Numbered from the stretch's first letter, positions 26,191 to 38,802 are shown. The stretch is 64,000 nucleotides of DNA from Octopus sinensis (GCF_006345805.1 NC_042998.1:96968001-97032000), one strand, 5' to 3'. Numbers and translations are program-made. Notes: generated by a model from the letters alone, not told the origin.

Positions 26191-26195
<5 letters not shown>
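22939..26195 (+). mobile_element. SINE family A split by an RTE insertion (5' half 22939-23103, 3' half ~25900-26195)
   Basis: The two halves join at the SINE's internal (TA)n/(TG)n tract to rebuild the 63189-63570 consensus. Confidence 0.8.
23104..25890 (-). mobile_element. RTE-clade LINE, 5'-truncated (RT with frameshifts, no APE), 3' UTR and (GAT)n tail
   Basis: GKAPGPSGITAEML, NYRGIKLL, QFGFMPGKSTTDAIF, AFVDMEKAFDRVP, GVHQGSVLSPLLF, LLYADDL, FCYLG, RLRWYGHV, GRGRPRKTW. Confidence 0.95.
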
Positions 26196-26244
<49 letters not shown>

Positions 26245-26260
<16 letters not shown>

Positions 26261-26445
26261 AGAGTTCGCAAAAAAACAAAAGACAAAGACAGATGGTGTA
26301 GACAACAAAGAAGATGTATTAGTATAACGCTCAGGAAGTGAAAAAGTCTTTAACGTTTCAAGCCTACGCTCTTCCACAGAAAGGAACACAGAAAGAATCA
26401 AGGAGAGAAAATAAAGAATGTTTAGTGGCTAGCGATCTATCATGG

Positions 26446-26450
<5 letters not shown>
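26245..26450 (-). mobile_element. PLE terminal-repeat-like fragment between (TA)n tracts
   Basis: Minus strand carries GAAGA-gcgtaggctt-GAAACGTT, resembling a PLE hammerhead remnant. Confidence 0.5.
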
Positions 26451-26483
<33 letters not shown>

Positions 26484-27137
26484 TACCATTACTATTATAG
26501 TATTTGTACTTAAATATCATTTTCCAGACCATTATATACCTCACACCACTATCAACTACACAACTACTTACATCCTTACATCTAACACAAAATTATATCA
26601 ACTACACAAAGCAAACCTCCAAATGTGTAACTTGCTTTAGAAAAAAACTTAACCAATTTTATATGCTTGGATCATCATCATCATCATCATGAGTTGGAGA
26701 GATCCACTTCAAAAGAAATCTGTTACCCACTTGTAATCTGATACAGACAACAGAGAACCCCATCAACCTTTGATATATTTGTCATGTTTATTTGTGGCAT
26801 GGTCATTTTTCCCCAGCTGGAGCACAACACTGTTCTCCAGCTTGTGAGATCCTGTTGAACTGTCCAATCCATGTCATGATGATGAGGAAGAAGCTGACAT
26901 TTGTTCATATGTCTCATTTACTTTGCCATCTATTTTTTTCATGCTAGCATGGATTAAATATGTTATTGAAGCATTGATTTACAACCAGACACCTTTCCTG
27001 CTACTAACCCTTATTTGCTTTACAAGTAAGGAATTCCTTATTCCACTTATCCCTTACTACTAGAGTTGGTATGAGACAAGAGGAATAGGCTGGTAGATAC
27101 AGGAGTGCGATAGATGCTTGTGCGAAAGTGATATAAA

Positions 27138-27166
27138 TCAATATATACATATATATATATACACAC

Positions 27167-27236
<70 letters not shown>

Positions 27237-27268
27237 ATATATATTTATAAATATATATATATATATAT

Positions 27269-27351
<83 letters not shown>

Positions 27352-27366
27352 ATATATATATACACT

Positions 27367-27398
<32 letters not shown>

Positions 27399-27470
27399 AT
27401 ATACATATATATATATTCACACATATATATATATATATATGTACATGCACATACATACATATATATACAC
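27138..27470. repeat. Long imperfect (TA)n microsatellite (one of many TA/CA/ATG tracts)
   Basis: ~330 bp of TA dinucleotides with sparse interruptions. Confidence 0.95.
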
Positions 27471-28214
27471 ATGCACAGACATTTCCCTTCAAATTTCATA
27501 TCTGTGTTCTGTGGTGAGCGGAAAATTGCTATGGGGCAAGCGGACAGCAAGAGAAATCTTCAGAGGAATAACTATCAAAGAAGTGTTCCTGACACTCTAA
27601 AGGACCCAGGCCCACCTAGGTAGTGACTCCTAGTGTTAGTTAAATGCCACATTTAGAAGGAATTGAACTCAGAATTTTGAGGTGAGCTTATTGCTCGACC
27701 ACAAAGACCACTGCATGAACTTGCACTATTTTAAAGATTTGAGCAAAAGAGAAGAAAATCAAGTAAAATTATAGTTTTTATATGTGTTTACAATTCTTAG
27801 ATCAAAGCGAGTTAAACTTTTTTTATTCCATATAACATAAGTTAATTCAATAAATTTGAAGACATCTTTTAACTGTCAGTTTGATCCAAATCAGTGTAAT
27901 TTTTCAGAATTTGTCACACGATATTGCCATTGCTTTTACAACATTTTTTTTCTCTTTTATTTTTCTTCACTATCCAAATCAAGCATGAATATTTCTGTTT
28001 AAGTCTCAAGTTGTCACCAGCAAACAGAATATTTCTGAGTGTATCTAACTCTAAATTAAGTGGAAGCTTTATAAAATTGAAGACTAATAAACATTGGTAA
28101 TAAATTCCATTTCTATTCTTAATTCTTTACCAATTATTATTCTTTCAATATACATATATATATACCTTTAAACATATAGTTTAAATTAACTTCATAACCT
28201 CATGGCCTATGCCA

Positions 28215-28716
28215 GGGGTGTAACCAGCCCACTTATGTATACCTTTTCCTTCTTTGGACACTAAACTCTGCTTGCGAAGACCTGTTGAGGCAAGTGAAAT
28301 CGAAATCAAATTCGATGACTGGCATCCGTGCTAGCAGGGTGCAAAGACCACCATATGAGTGTGATCGTTGACAGACTGGCTAACTGGCTTCCATGCCGGT
28401 GGCACGTAAAAGTCACCATTCGAACATGATCGTTACCAGCGTCGCCTTACTGGCACCTGTGCCGGTGGCATGTGTAAAAAGATTTGAGCGGGGTCGTTGC
28501 CAGTACTGCCTGACTGGCCTCCGTGCTGGTGGCACGTAAAAGCACCCACTACACTCTCTGAGTGGTTGGCGTTGGGAAGGGCATCCAGCTGTAGAAACTC
28601 TACCAGATCAAGTTTGGAGCCTGGTGCAGCCATCTGGTTTGCCAGCCCTCAGTCAAATCGTCCAACCCATGCTAGCATGGAAAGCACACATTAAACGATG
28701 ATGATGATGATGATGA
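28215..28716 (+). mobile_element. RTE 3' UTR copy (other copies at ~5425, ~35580, ~42260, ~58870, ~59745, ~60135)
   Basis: Matches the reverse complement of 23104-23720, including 'gacctgttgaggcaag' and the tail. Confidence 0.85.
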
Positions 28717-30079
28717 CGTTGACATGAGGTCACAAAATTATAAGGAAAAGGATATAATTAATAACATCAACCCCAGTATTTGGCTGGTACTTTATTTTAT
28801 CAGTTCTGGAAGGATGATAGACAAAATATTGATTCTTATCATTACTATAATTGGCATTGGTGCAGCTACAATAAATACCAAAGACATTTGTTTTAAACCA
28901 TTTCTGCTTGACATGTTAAATTATTGGGATTTCTTGATACAACAACTTTATACTTCTCAACCATTTGAGCTGACACCTATATAACAATCCCCAATGAAAT
29001 TTGTTACTTAACTATGTCACTACCTCTTTCCCAACTCAACCTTAACCCTTTCAAAATTCTAGAGCATAGTAACATCTCTGTTATCTTCAACTATATCACT
29101 GTCGCCATCATTGTCATCATTATCTTTATTGTATTCCTCATTGTCATCATCCTCCTCAGCATCTTTTGTCGTCATCACCCTCATCGTTGTCATCATAGTA
29201 ATCCTCATCAATGTCAACCACATCTTCATCATCCTTGTCATCATTCATTTATTCATTTTAATGTTCTTCCCAAGCTGACATAATGTCCTGCAGTTTATAT
29301 TGTACGTAATGCAGTTATTATACAACTCATATCAATTCACTTGGCTTTATTTCATCTCTTAATTGTTCTTTGTTTTTATATTCTTTGACATTTGGATCCT
29401 TTCCCCTTGAGCAGTGGGTTTAATTTGCATATTAATCAACTTATGTAAAACTACAAATTTTAAAAAGCAATTTTCCAGTTTGTTTATTTAGACAGAAAAG
29501 TCATATAAACTTTGATCTGCCCAGAAAATTATCCAATAATAAAGAAAGCGAGAGATGTGCAATCACCACTTCCGAATATTCTTGAAGTGAAGTAATACTC
29601 TTCAAATGTCAATATGGAAGTGAGTTGGAAGCTTGGATAAAAAAGAAAAACTCATCATGAAATATTAGATTAATGTTGACAACACATAAAGTTTGTTGCA
29701 TTTATAAAAGAACATTTAGAATAAACTGTCAATTGACTCTGCAGCAAAGAAATTAGTGATTTATTCTTTAATGCAATAGAAAACTGAATATTAGAAATGT
29801 CCATGAGCAAAAGCAACAGCAAGACTTTGCTTTTAATTATTAGCAGTAAAAAGAGAAAGACTTGCTCATAATATTCAGAATATTGTAAAATAGTATTAGT
29901 AATTTTATATAGTAGTATGATGAGGACATTTTGGCTAGTTATTTTGGGACAAGAAGCATTCTTTAAAAAAAAAATCTTAGTTGATTCTTACAAAGAAAAT
30001 TTTAATTTCAAATAGTAAATAAAAAGACTGCAAAGTCAAATTAACAATTAGATATAATTTTATTTTTCAAGGTTTTTAC

Positions 30080-30218
30080 CTTCATTTTCAAATCTTCAAC
30101 CTCTGTTAATTTTTTGGGAACTTCTGCATTAACATTAGATAAATTCTTCATTTTCAACCCTTCAGTATAATTCTGAATGGATATCATATCATCAGCAGTA
30201 AGACCCAAAGCAACAGCC
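30080..30218 (-). CDS. CEP290: CEP290 coding exon 17
   Basis: AVALGLTADDMISIQNYTEGLKMKNLSNVNAEVPKKLTEVEDLKMK|gtaaaa; phase fits exon 16. Confidence 0.85.
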
Positions 30219-30719
30219 CTATAATAGAATATGTAGTAAAGCTATCAATGAAATTATTTTAAATAATTCATGATATAAATATATTCAAATACATTTCTTT
30301 TAAAGACTGAGCAATGTAATCTAATCTTATTCTAAATGCTGAGGTAACACCTTAAAGACTAATTACTTTGTAATGCTTAAACTTCTTTCTTAATTAACAA
30401 CAGAATTTCAAATTAAACTTCCATCACAAAGCAATATTAACCTATTTGTTACCATAATTCTGTTGAAATACACCACCTTTCTTTTAATTTATTTCAAAGA
30501 TAATGGAAAATTTAATAAAATAAATTTGTCCATATTAACCTGATGTTTGGAAAAAAAGTTAACATGAAATTTTGCTGAAGGATTTAGTGTAGATCATTTT
30601 AAAACTGGAAGTTTGTATCTAGAACCAGTGGTGGCTTCAAGCAAGTAGGTATCAAAAGGATTCCATCAACTTTTATTACCTAAGAAATAAAAAATGAAAT
30701 AACTATCTTTTAATCTATC

Positions 30720-33150
30720 ATAATAAATTAGTTAATAATAAATTAGTTAATAATTGGATGAGTGTAAAATTAAATGTAGACACAAATTACTTTACTTATA
30801 TAATAAATTTTTAGATAAATAGCAACTATATATAAACCCTATTTTTGTTTCTAAATTGTAGTTATATTTTGTACTAGTATTCATTCTAAAATTGTGATTT
30901 TATATTGTATATTACATAATTTAATAAGTCCAATTTAATATTTATTATTAAATAAATAAATAAATTAATTAATTAATTAATGATAGTAGTGTTGTGATTG
31001 CACTTCTGTAGGTGGTTTGAGTATAAGCCAATAAGAGTTAGTAAAGGTTCTTTAAATACTTATAATTTAGATGTTTATTTTATTACTAAATATATAATAT
31101 ATTTAATGAATATAGATTAAAAGATAGTTATTTCATTTTTTTGTGGTTGATATTGTTGTTATTATTATTGTTATTATTATGATTATTATATGTCTACTAA
31201 AATTAATAGTATTAAGTATATATATCTTTTTTGGTAATAGTTTTAGTTACGTTAAATAAATAATTTTGAATGTGTAGTAAAATAATTTTTTCTGTATGTA
31301 CTATTTATTTATAATGATAATATGTACTTTATTTATTCAATTAAAGAGTGAAGTATTTGATCTAAATATAAATTACTTTATCTATATGATAAGTTTAATT
31401 TATTATCATTTTAGCATTTGTTTTGAGTATTAATATGATATATAATATATATTTATTATAAACGACAGTTAAGTTTATAGTTTGTAATAAATTTTTTATA
31501 TTAATCAAAATGTATTTATATTATATATTTCGAAGGAGATTTATCTAGATGTTTATTTAATCAACTAATATTATTTATTAATGAATTTTAATTACATTAT
31601 AATTTTTAAAACTAATTTAAGTTTATTAATTAGTGGTCATAATATAGATAATGATTGAATTACTACTGAGTTAATATTGAATGTGTCTAAAAGTTATTTT
31701 ATTTAAATAATGATTTGACTCCAACGTAACCATATTTTTTTTTATATATATGAAATAAATTAATTTGTATAAGATTATTACAGAATATACAGTAAATGGT
31801 AGTTATGAGTTTTGAGTATAATTTATCATAGTTAATTATAAATTTTTTGGTTTATAGTGAAAGATATTATTGTGCATAGTGATTATATTCTCTATTAGTG
31901 ACTTTGTTCTCTTTATCTATTAAAGCTAAAATATAGTCGTAGTTTTCATTGATAAAATATATTCATTTTCATTTATAAAATATATTTGTAGTTTTCATTA
32001 TTAAAGGAATTTTTCCATCTGTTTGTTCTATTTCTGTTAATAACGTAATTCCACAAGTTTTCTTATAAACGCTTAAAAAGACGTTTTCCGTTTTGAAATT
32101 TTAGTTAAGTAAACTTTTTTATTTAAGAAATTTTATTGATTTTCTATATAACTATTGATTGTTAAATTTGAATTTATAATTATTTTAGTTGTTAATGATA
32201 ATTCAGATATGTACATTTATTTAATTATTATTAGTATATAATTATTATAACTGTACGTAAATTTTAAGATATAAGTTAGTCACTGTGATATATAGATCGT
32301 AAAATAGTAATACGATTTTTTTAAGGTAGGTTATACATTTTTAATTTTTAAATTGTATTTCATATATTCTATAGATATTTATAATATTTATGTAAGTAAT
32401 AATAGACTAATTTATTTATTTTTCGTTCTATGTTTATATATTTATTGATAGAGAAAATTTTAGATTTTTAATTTCTATATTTGTTGATTATAATTTAAAT
32501 ACTTATTTCTATGTATTTATTATTTTATAATTATTAGATGTGAACTTAAATCTAAAAATATTAATAGTGATTATTTTGTTAAATAATTTAGTAATTAAAT
32601 ATTGGAGTATAACTGAGTTATAGATATTCGATAGTTTTTTTTTTTTAAACCAAATTATATCTTCAAAGATAAATACATATTTATATCTATTTTTTTTACC
32701 TTAAAATTAAAAATTAAATATTTAACATAATAGATGTGTTGTAGGAAATAATCCTAATGTTTTAAGTTTCTAATTTAGTTAATGGAGTTTTTTTTTCTAT
32801 AAGAAAAATAATTATTTTATTTATTTTTTAAATAAATATTGTTTAACTCTATTTGCTTATTTATTTAACTATTATCAATAACCTGAAGATTGACTCTAAT
32901 TGTAAATCGAATTTATTTCAATTGAATTTAAACTTAATTGTAATTCAAATTTAATTGTAGCCATGAAATGTACGTCGTTTTTTTTACTTACTATATATTG
33001 ATCATTCATTTTTATACTTTTTGAGATCTAGTTATAAGTTATATGTTTTATAAAAATATATATTATTTGTTATTTACGTTTTGGTTTATGTCTATCACTG
33101 TTTGAGTTGCATAATAGTGGTTTTATCTCTAATTTATATATTTTATATGT
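30720..33150 (-). mobile_element. Extremely AT-rich, probable degenerate Penelope-like element
   Basis: ~15% GC. One minus frame holds PLE-RT-like relics in order: VTNLY, NNY.F.FNNQ, NIFYK*, KLITTIY, GVKSLF. A CTGAAGA...CGAA remnant lies at 32883-32911 (+), then (TA)n. Confidence 0.55.
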
Positions 33151-33299
33151 ATATATATATATATATATTACTATATTTACAAGCCTAAACCCAATCTCCA
33201 TTTACATTTCATAAAACCTCTTATACATATGCAACAAACATTATTTTATATAAATTTTGTACAATGTAGAGTATATAAAATTTACTGATGGATTCTGAC

Positions 33300-34230
33300 A
33301 GCATATATTTTGTGTATGTAAGGAGGCCTGATATCATTTTCACACTTGACAAAAAGAATCAGTCAAATTCATGAATTTGTCCATTATCACCACTGAACAT
33401 AGTGGCAGAACAAAGGTTATGCCAGCTGTAGCAAATGTTTTAATTAGCCAATAATGCCAGAGCAAATATTTTCATCATAATTATACACCTGTTCTGCTAT
33501 TAAATATTCATCAACAATGATCAATACAAACTAAAGAATGAATTTCTCAGCTGCTTATTGATCAACAAATAACTTATTGACACAAATTTTTAAATATCTA
33601 ATGCTACACCTTTTTGGATGTTTTATAAACAGCTGTAAGAATATAAGAATATTTACAGCTACTTTCAATATTCAGTTCATTTTGATGAGATTTTTACTTG
33701 TTTCATGATTATTAGTCTATTAAGAGGCATATCTTCATTCTAGCAACACATGATCAATATTTTAATTTTCTAATAAATGTAAAGGTTTTCTATTTTTCAT
33801 TAACTTCAATCCCCCACTTTCAGCATAGTACTCCAAAAGTTTGACCTTCTGTTTCTTAAAGTCACATATAGTGATTGTTCCAGAGTCAGATGCTCCACTG
33901 TAGAGTTTTGCCAACAAATTCAGTTTCTGTGATATCAATAAACATAGATGCTTCCTCCTTATCTTTTCACCTTTACCTGTGGGGAAATTTTGTTTTTGAT
34001 ATTTTCAATGTATGCACAAAGTTGTTGCTATGACAGCTGCTGACAATAAAAAGGCACCAACTTAACTGGACTGGACAAACCCAACTCAAAGTGGTTGAGG
34101 TCACCCAGTGCATTACTTGTAACATCTATACATCCCCAAGAAACCCTCTGAGCATTTTTTGGAATTTTCCATACTTCTGAATTTTTATATGCTTCCAAAT
34201 TTCAGAATTTCTGATAAAGGATTGTGATCA
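33300..34230 (-). mobile_element. pogo/Tigger-like transposon relic (internally deleted)
   Basis: RRKHLCLLISQKL.LL.KL.SG...TICDFKKQK.KLL.YYAES (CENP-B-type HTH) at ~33830-33990 and AAEKFI...EQVYN.DE at ~33470-33570. Confidence 0.75.
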
Positions 34231-34734
34231 TGAACTATTTTGGAAATAATAGCTCGTCCTTCAAATAATTGACATAGTATGGATTAAAACACTAAAACAC
34301 TGACAATTTAGACAAGTTATTTTTCTCTCAATAATATCAAATCTACAATCATTAAAGGTAAAATTCTGAATTATAACATTTTCTCCTCAAATAGCCCTAT
34401 TCCTCTGTTACAAACAGTATCAATGTAAACTACAGCAATATGTCAATGTAACAGGATATCCTATCACAAAGAAGTGGAAGAATCACTGTCAACACAGCCA
34501 GCTCTCAAATCCTTCTTTGTACCTGTAGTTTGCAATAATGTATCTCTAAGTGGATTGCGCTACTGAAAATCAAGTGTTTTCACCAGGAACAGGATAGTGT
34601 TGGTGGTAAAGTAAGAATTATCTAGTCTTTGATACCTTATAAATTCAGTTAGTTAATCAATTTTCATTATTAAAGACTCACTCATGAACATAGTTTACAC
34701 TGAAAAGTCAAATAAATTATGGAACTTTCACTAC

Positions 34735-34808
34735 CTTTGTCCTGTTTGTTGAGCAAGTTTCCGTAAGTTTTGCTTCAATAAAATCCTTTCTTCTTCAAGA
34801 CGTTCAAT
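34735..34808 (-). CDS. CEP290: CEP290 coding exon 16
   Basis: IERLEEERILLKQNLRKLAQQTGQ(R); ends phase 2. Confidence 0.92.
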
Positions 34809-37024
34809 CTGAAAAATATTTTATTGAGTAGTTGAGTGTCCATGTATCTATTTGCCATATGCATGAATATATAAGTGTATATGTGTATGTTCATTTGTTT
34901 AATTATTTAATCGAAGTATTTTATAGATACAAACATCAAATGTGAAAGTAAATAAAAAGAGATTAGTGGGAATTGAACCCATGACTCTTCTGTTTATGCG
35001 TCACTATATATTTACTGCTATAATATAAGCTTTTAACAATGCTTATATGTTTGTATCGTTATAACAACTCAACAAATAGACTTTTCACACCTATACCTGC
35101 ATATTTAGTAGGTCTTTATTTTGATTCTAAATCAATTATAGAATATTTTCCTAGTTGTTAAGTACCAAGACTTAAATCTACACTCAAAGCATTGTTGCAA
35201 TGATCATTTGTTTTGTTTTATTTTTTTGTTTGAAGTATGTATGACATTCTAGATATGACCATCCTGTCTTTTTTTATACCTAAGATTACATTGACATAAA
35301 TATACCCTTCTTCAGGACAGTAGAGTATCATTTGAGGTAGATTTGGTTGCTATTTCTAGAAGGTCCAGTAAAGAAAAAAGGCTCCCATGTGTCCTTGTAA
35401 TTTCAACAGTTGAAAGTAGTGACCATCAAGTAACTCATTTTTAACCAACTGCAACACTATTTAAACAATATAAACACACATTTAACATTCAATTTTAATT
35501 TACCTATTACTAAACTGTGATAATTATAAATTGAAAAAAGCATCTTCATGCACATCAAAACTTTCATTTTCTTTCTTCTAGAAGTCTTTGAGGACAGATG
35601 CATCAGGAAGTGCTGATCTCTAATTGTGGGGGGAATGTGTAGAAGGGGTAGACCCAGGAAGACATGAGATGAAGTCGTGAGAAAGGATCTTCAGACGTTG
35701 AGCCTCACCGAGTGAATGAAAAGGGACTAAGACTTCTGGCAGCTTGCTGTGCTTGAAAAGACATGTCAAGCCATGTGAAAGCATGGTTGTCCTTGCATAC
35801 AGGCATATCCCCTACGTCCCTCTCCAGCTGAGTGATCCTAATCTTGCAGACTCATATGAGTGCTGGTACCATGTAAAAAGTACCTGTGTCATACTGAAGC
35901 ACTCATGCCAGTGCTGCATAAAGGCACCTAACACACTCTGCAAAGTAGTTGGCATTAAGAAGGCCATCCAGCCATAGAAATACACACACACATGCACACA
36001 CTGAAATTAAAATTGTGGATACAAAGGTCATTCTTTTACTTGTTTCAGTCAGTTGACTGCGGCCATGCTGGAGCACCACCTTAAAGGGTTACAGTCAAAG
36101 AAATCGACCCCAGGACTTATTCTTTGTAAGCCTAGTACTTATTCCATCAGTCTAAGTTACAGGGACATAAACACACCACTATCAGTTGTCAAGTGAGGGC
36201 AGGGGGACAAACACAGACATACACACACACATAAATATATACATATATATTTACAATGGGCTTCTTTCAGTTTCCACTTACCAAATTCACTCACAAGGCT
36301 TTGGTCAGCCCAAGGCTATAATAGAAGACAATTGCCCAAGGTGCCACACAGTGGGACTGAATCTGGAACCATGTGGTTGGGAAGCAAGCTTCTAACCACA
36401 GAGCCACACCATATGAAAGAAATTCTTAAAAGTGAATATCCAGTGACCATCAAAACTCTAGCTCCGAATTGATGTCTTGAGACACATATGTTTTCACCAG
36501 TGGAACTGTCTGACATATAACTTTAGAGTTGACATTCATACTTTGTTTAAACATATCTTCCAAAATATATTTTAAGATTATTATAAACACACACACCTAC
36601 AAGCTGCCAGTTTGCTCTCAAGATTGACTATCTATCTGTTAGAGGTCTGTAAGCTTCTAGTTGGAGCAAAATACTAAACTTACATACTTTATAGAATTAA
36701 TTGAAGCAAATTTATGTTTTTGATAATTTGATCCCTATATAACTATTTTTATTCATATACATCTCCTTGTTTGATAAAATAACTCAATACTATTCATTCT
36801 TGTAAAGAAAAGAGGAAGATGTTATGTGTCAGAGACTTTCTAGAAAGGTAAAATGTTAGTTTACTGGTTACCATCATATATTACCTCAACCTTTTCTCAT
36901 ATTATAGGTTATTTGGTTTATCAATTTAATATCATACCTGAGAACTAATTAAGTCAATTCATTTCCAGTTAATCAAGGCTTAATCTAAAATGACAAAGCA
37001 ATATTCTATCAATCATCAACTAAC

Positions 37025-37217
37025 CTCTTTCTGAAGGACAATATTCAATGCACGTTGTTCTTCTTTCTTGATGGTAATATCAGAATGAAAATCTTTAATA
37101 TCTATTGGTTTTCTAGGGTCCATACCAAGTTTTGATCGAAGTACTTCATTTTCCTCTGTTAATTCACTCATGTTTGCCTCACTTTTGTTAATAAGCTTCA
37201 CAAAGTCTTCAATGTCT
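37025..37217 (-). CDS. CEP290: CEP290 coding exon 15
   Basis: DIEDFVKLINKSEANMSELTEENEVLRSKLGMDPRKPIDIKDFHSDITIKKEEQRALNIVLQKE; AG/GT. Confidence 0.92.
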
Positions 37218-37990
37218 CTGAAAAAAAATTTAGGCCATCCAAAAAAAATGTAAAATATTTTTTAAAAACATTTTTCATCAAAATAAAGGAAAAATTATAT
37301 CAAAGTTAAAATCGTCTTGTTTCTTTTTTTTTTTTAATGATCCCTAAAGGAAGTTATGTTCCAGGAACATGGCATGCATATCAACATGGTATGTACATGA
37401 AGCAGGAGTAAAAGAGTGAGACTAGTGTTATTTATGTTAAATAGAAAAGTCAGCAATAAAGATTGTAGAGAAAATTAACTAATGCAGATTAAGGAAAAAG
37501 TACTCCCAAAATTAACATTACTAAAGAGAATTCCTTTGAAACCAAAGCAAATGTCATGAATGTAAAATGCTGAAATGGTAAAAACGTTTATGATAGCTAA
37601 ATAATTTGGAAAACTATCATATTGTAAAGTCATGTCCATTCGTGATAATAACCTCAAATAGTTGATAAATAGTTGATAAATAGTTGATAAATAGTTGATA
37701 ATAACCTCAAGAACATCTAGGATGTTCTTGAGGATATCATAGATATTATATCTTTGATGTACTTGGGGATATTAAGTCATCAAAGACTTAAATCTTAAAA
37801 TACTTTAATACTTGAAAAGTAGAGAAAGATAATGCAAGTTAGAATAATTTGAACTTAAGGCAAAAAGGAAAGGAGAATATATTCTAACAATGATAAATTT
37901 AGAAGACAAAAGCAGTAAAAAAATGAACCCATTAGAAAGAAACAATTCTTTTATTAAATTATTCAAACTGATTTTTCAAAATTTATCAAC

Positions 37991-38061
37991 CTTTGGTGAG
38001 TTATCAATCGGTTTTTCAATTCTTTGATTTCGCTCACAGCTTCAGCAAGCCCATATTCTCC
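37991..38061 (-). CDS. CEP290: CEP290 coding exon 14
   Basis: GEYGLAEAVSEIKELKNRLITHQ(R); ends phase 2. Confidence 0.92.
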
Positions 38062-38334
38062 CTGGAAGGTTAAAAATAAACCCACAATCATTTAAATAAA
38101 AAACATAACAAGTTATCATTTCTTATCTCAACCTTTTCCTGTATTTACCAAACAGTACAGATAAGATAAGAAATAAATTTACTTAATTTAGCAAGCAAAA
38201 GGAAAATACATATATACATCAGCTCCTGTTAGATTTATTGATCCAAGGGTGCTTCTGGTTGATAAGACACAAAGATGTTGAGACACTTGATGTCCAAGAA
38301 CCCCTTGTACTAACAAATCAAATATGTTATAAAC

Positions 38335-38610
38335 CGTGACCCAACTTTTAGTCCGATGTCACTTTATCCAACATCACTTCGTCCACGTCTTTTAGTCCAA
38401 CGTCTTTTTGTCCGATGATTCATTAGTCCAACAACATTTTGTCCAATTTTAAATAAACTCTTTAGAGAACAAGGGGAACATCAAAATCAAATAATCTTTG
38501 AGAATTTTATTGATAGGATTTGTTGTTGGACAAAAAAAACTATTGGATAAAAAGACATGGATGAAAAGACATTTGATGAAGTAATGTTGGACAAAAAGAC
38601 ATAGCACCAT
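38335..38610. mobile_element. Miniature foldback-like element with ~15-bp subterminal repeat arrays in inverted orientation
   Basis: Left block repeats 'tt(a/t)gtcca/gtccga'; right block repeats 'ttgga(c/t)a..aaagaca'. Confidence 0.55.
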
Positions 38611-38802
38611 TATAAATACATAGTCTTCATAAAGGAGAAATTGTTTTCCTGTGATAAACACAACAGCAATCAGCATATTCACACTTAAATTTGCCGGAAC
38701 ATATCAAGAATAAATATGCAAATCATTGTTTTGATTCTCACTGTTTATCGTGCATATGACAATTTATTGAAATATATATATTTGCAGAAATTGAATACTC
38801 AC

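Noticed and set aside
27138-27550. ORFs such as MYIYIY... and other poly-YI/CV/HT ORFs in the track
   Set aside because: Translations of (TA)n/(CA)n microsatellites or of SINE/LINE antisense strands.
29059-29244. Acidic ORF (DAEEDDDNEE...)
   Set aside because: Decayed (ATC/GAT)n low-complexity tract; no splice context, and not needed for the CEP290 frame.
30720-33150. Mitochondrial insertion (NUMT) explanation for the AT-rich skewed island
   Set aside because: I recognised no mitochondrial protein or rRNA motifs; PLE-like motif order and a hammerhead remnant fit better. Not excluded without BLAST.
30626-33395. CAGTGGTG / CACCACTG as hAT TIRs around the island
   Set aside because: Only 8 bp match, the flanks (tctagaac vs aacatagt) are not a TSD, and the right copy lies within the Tigger relic.
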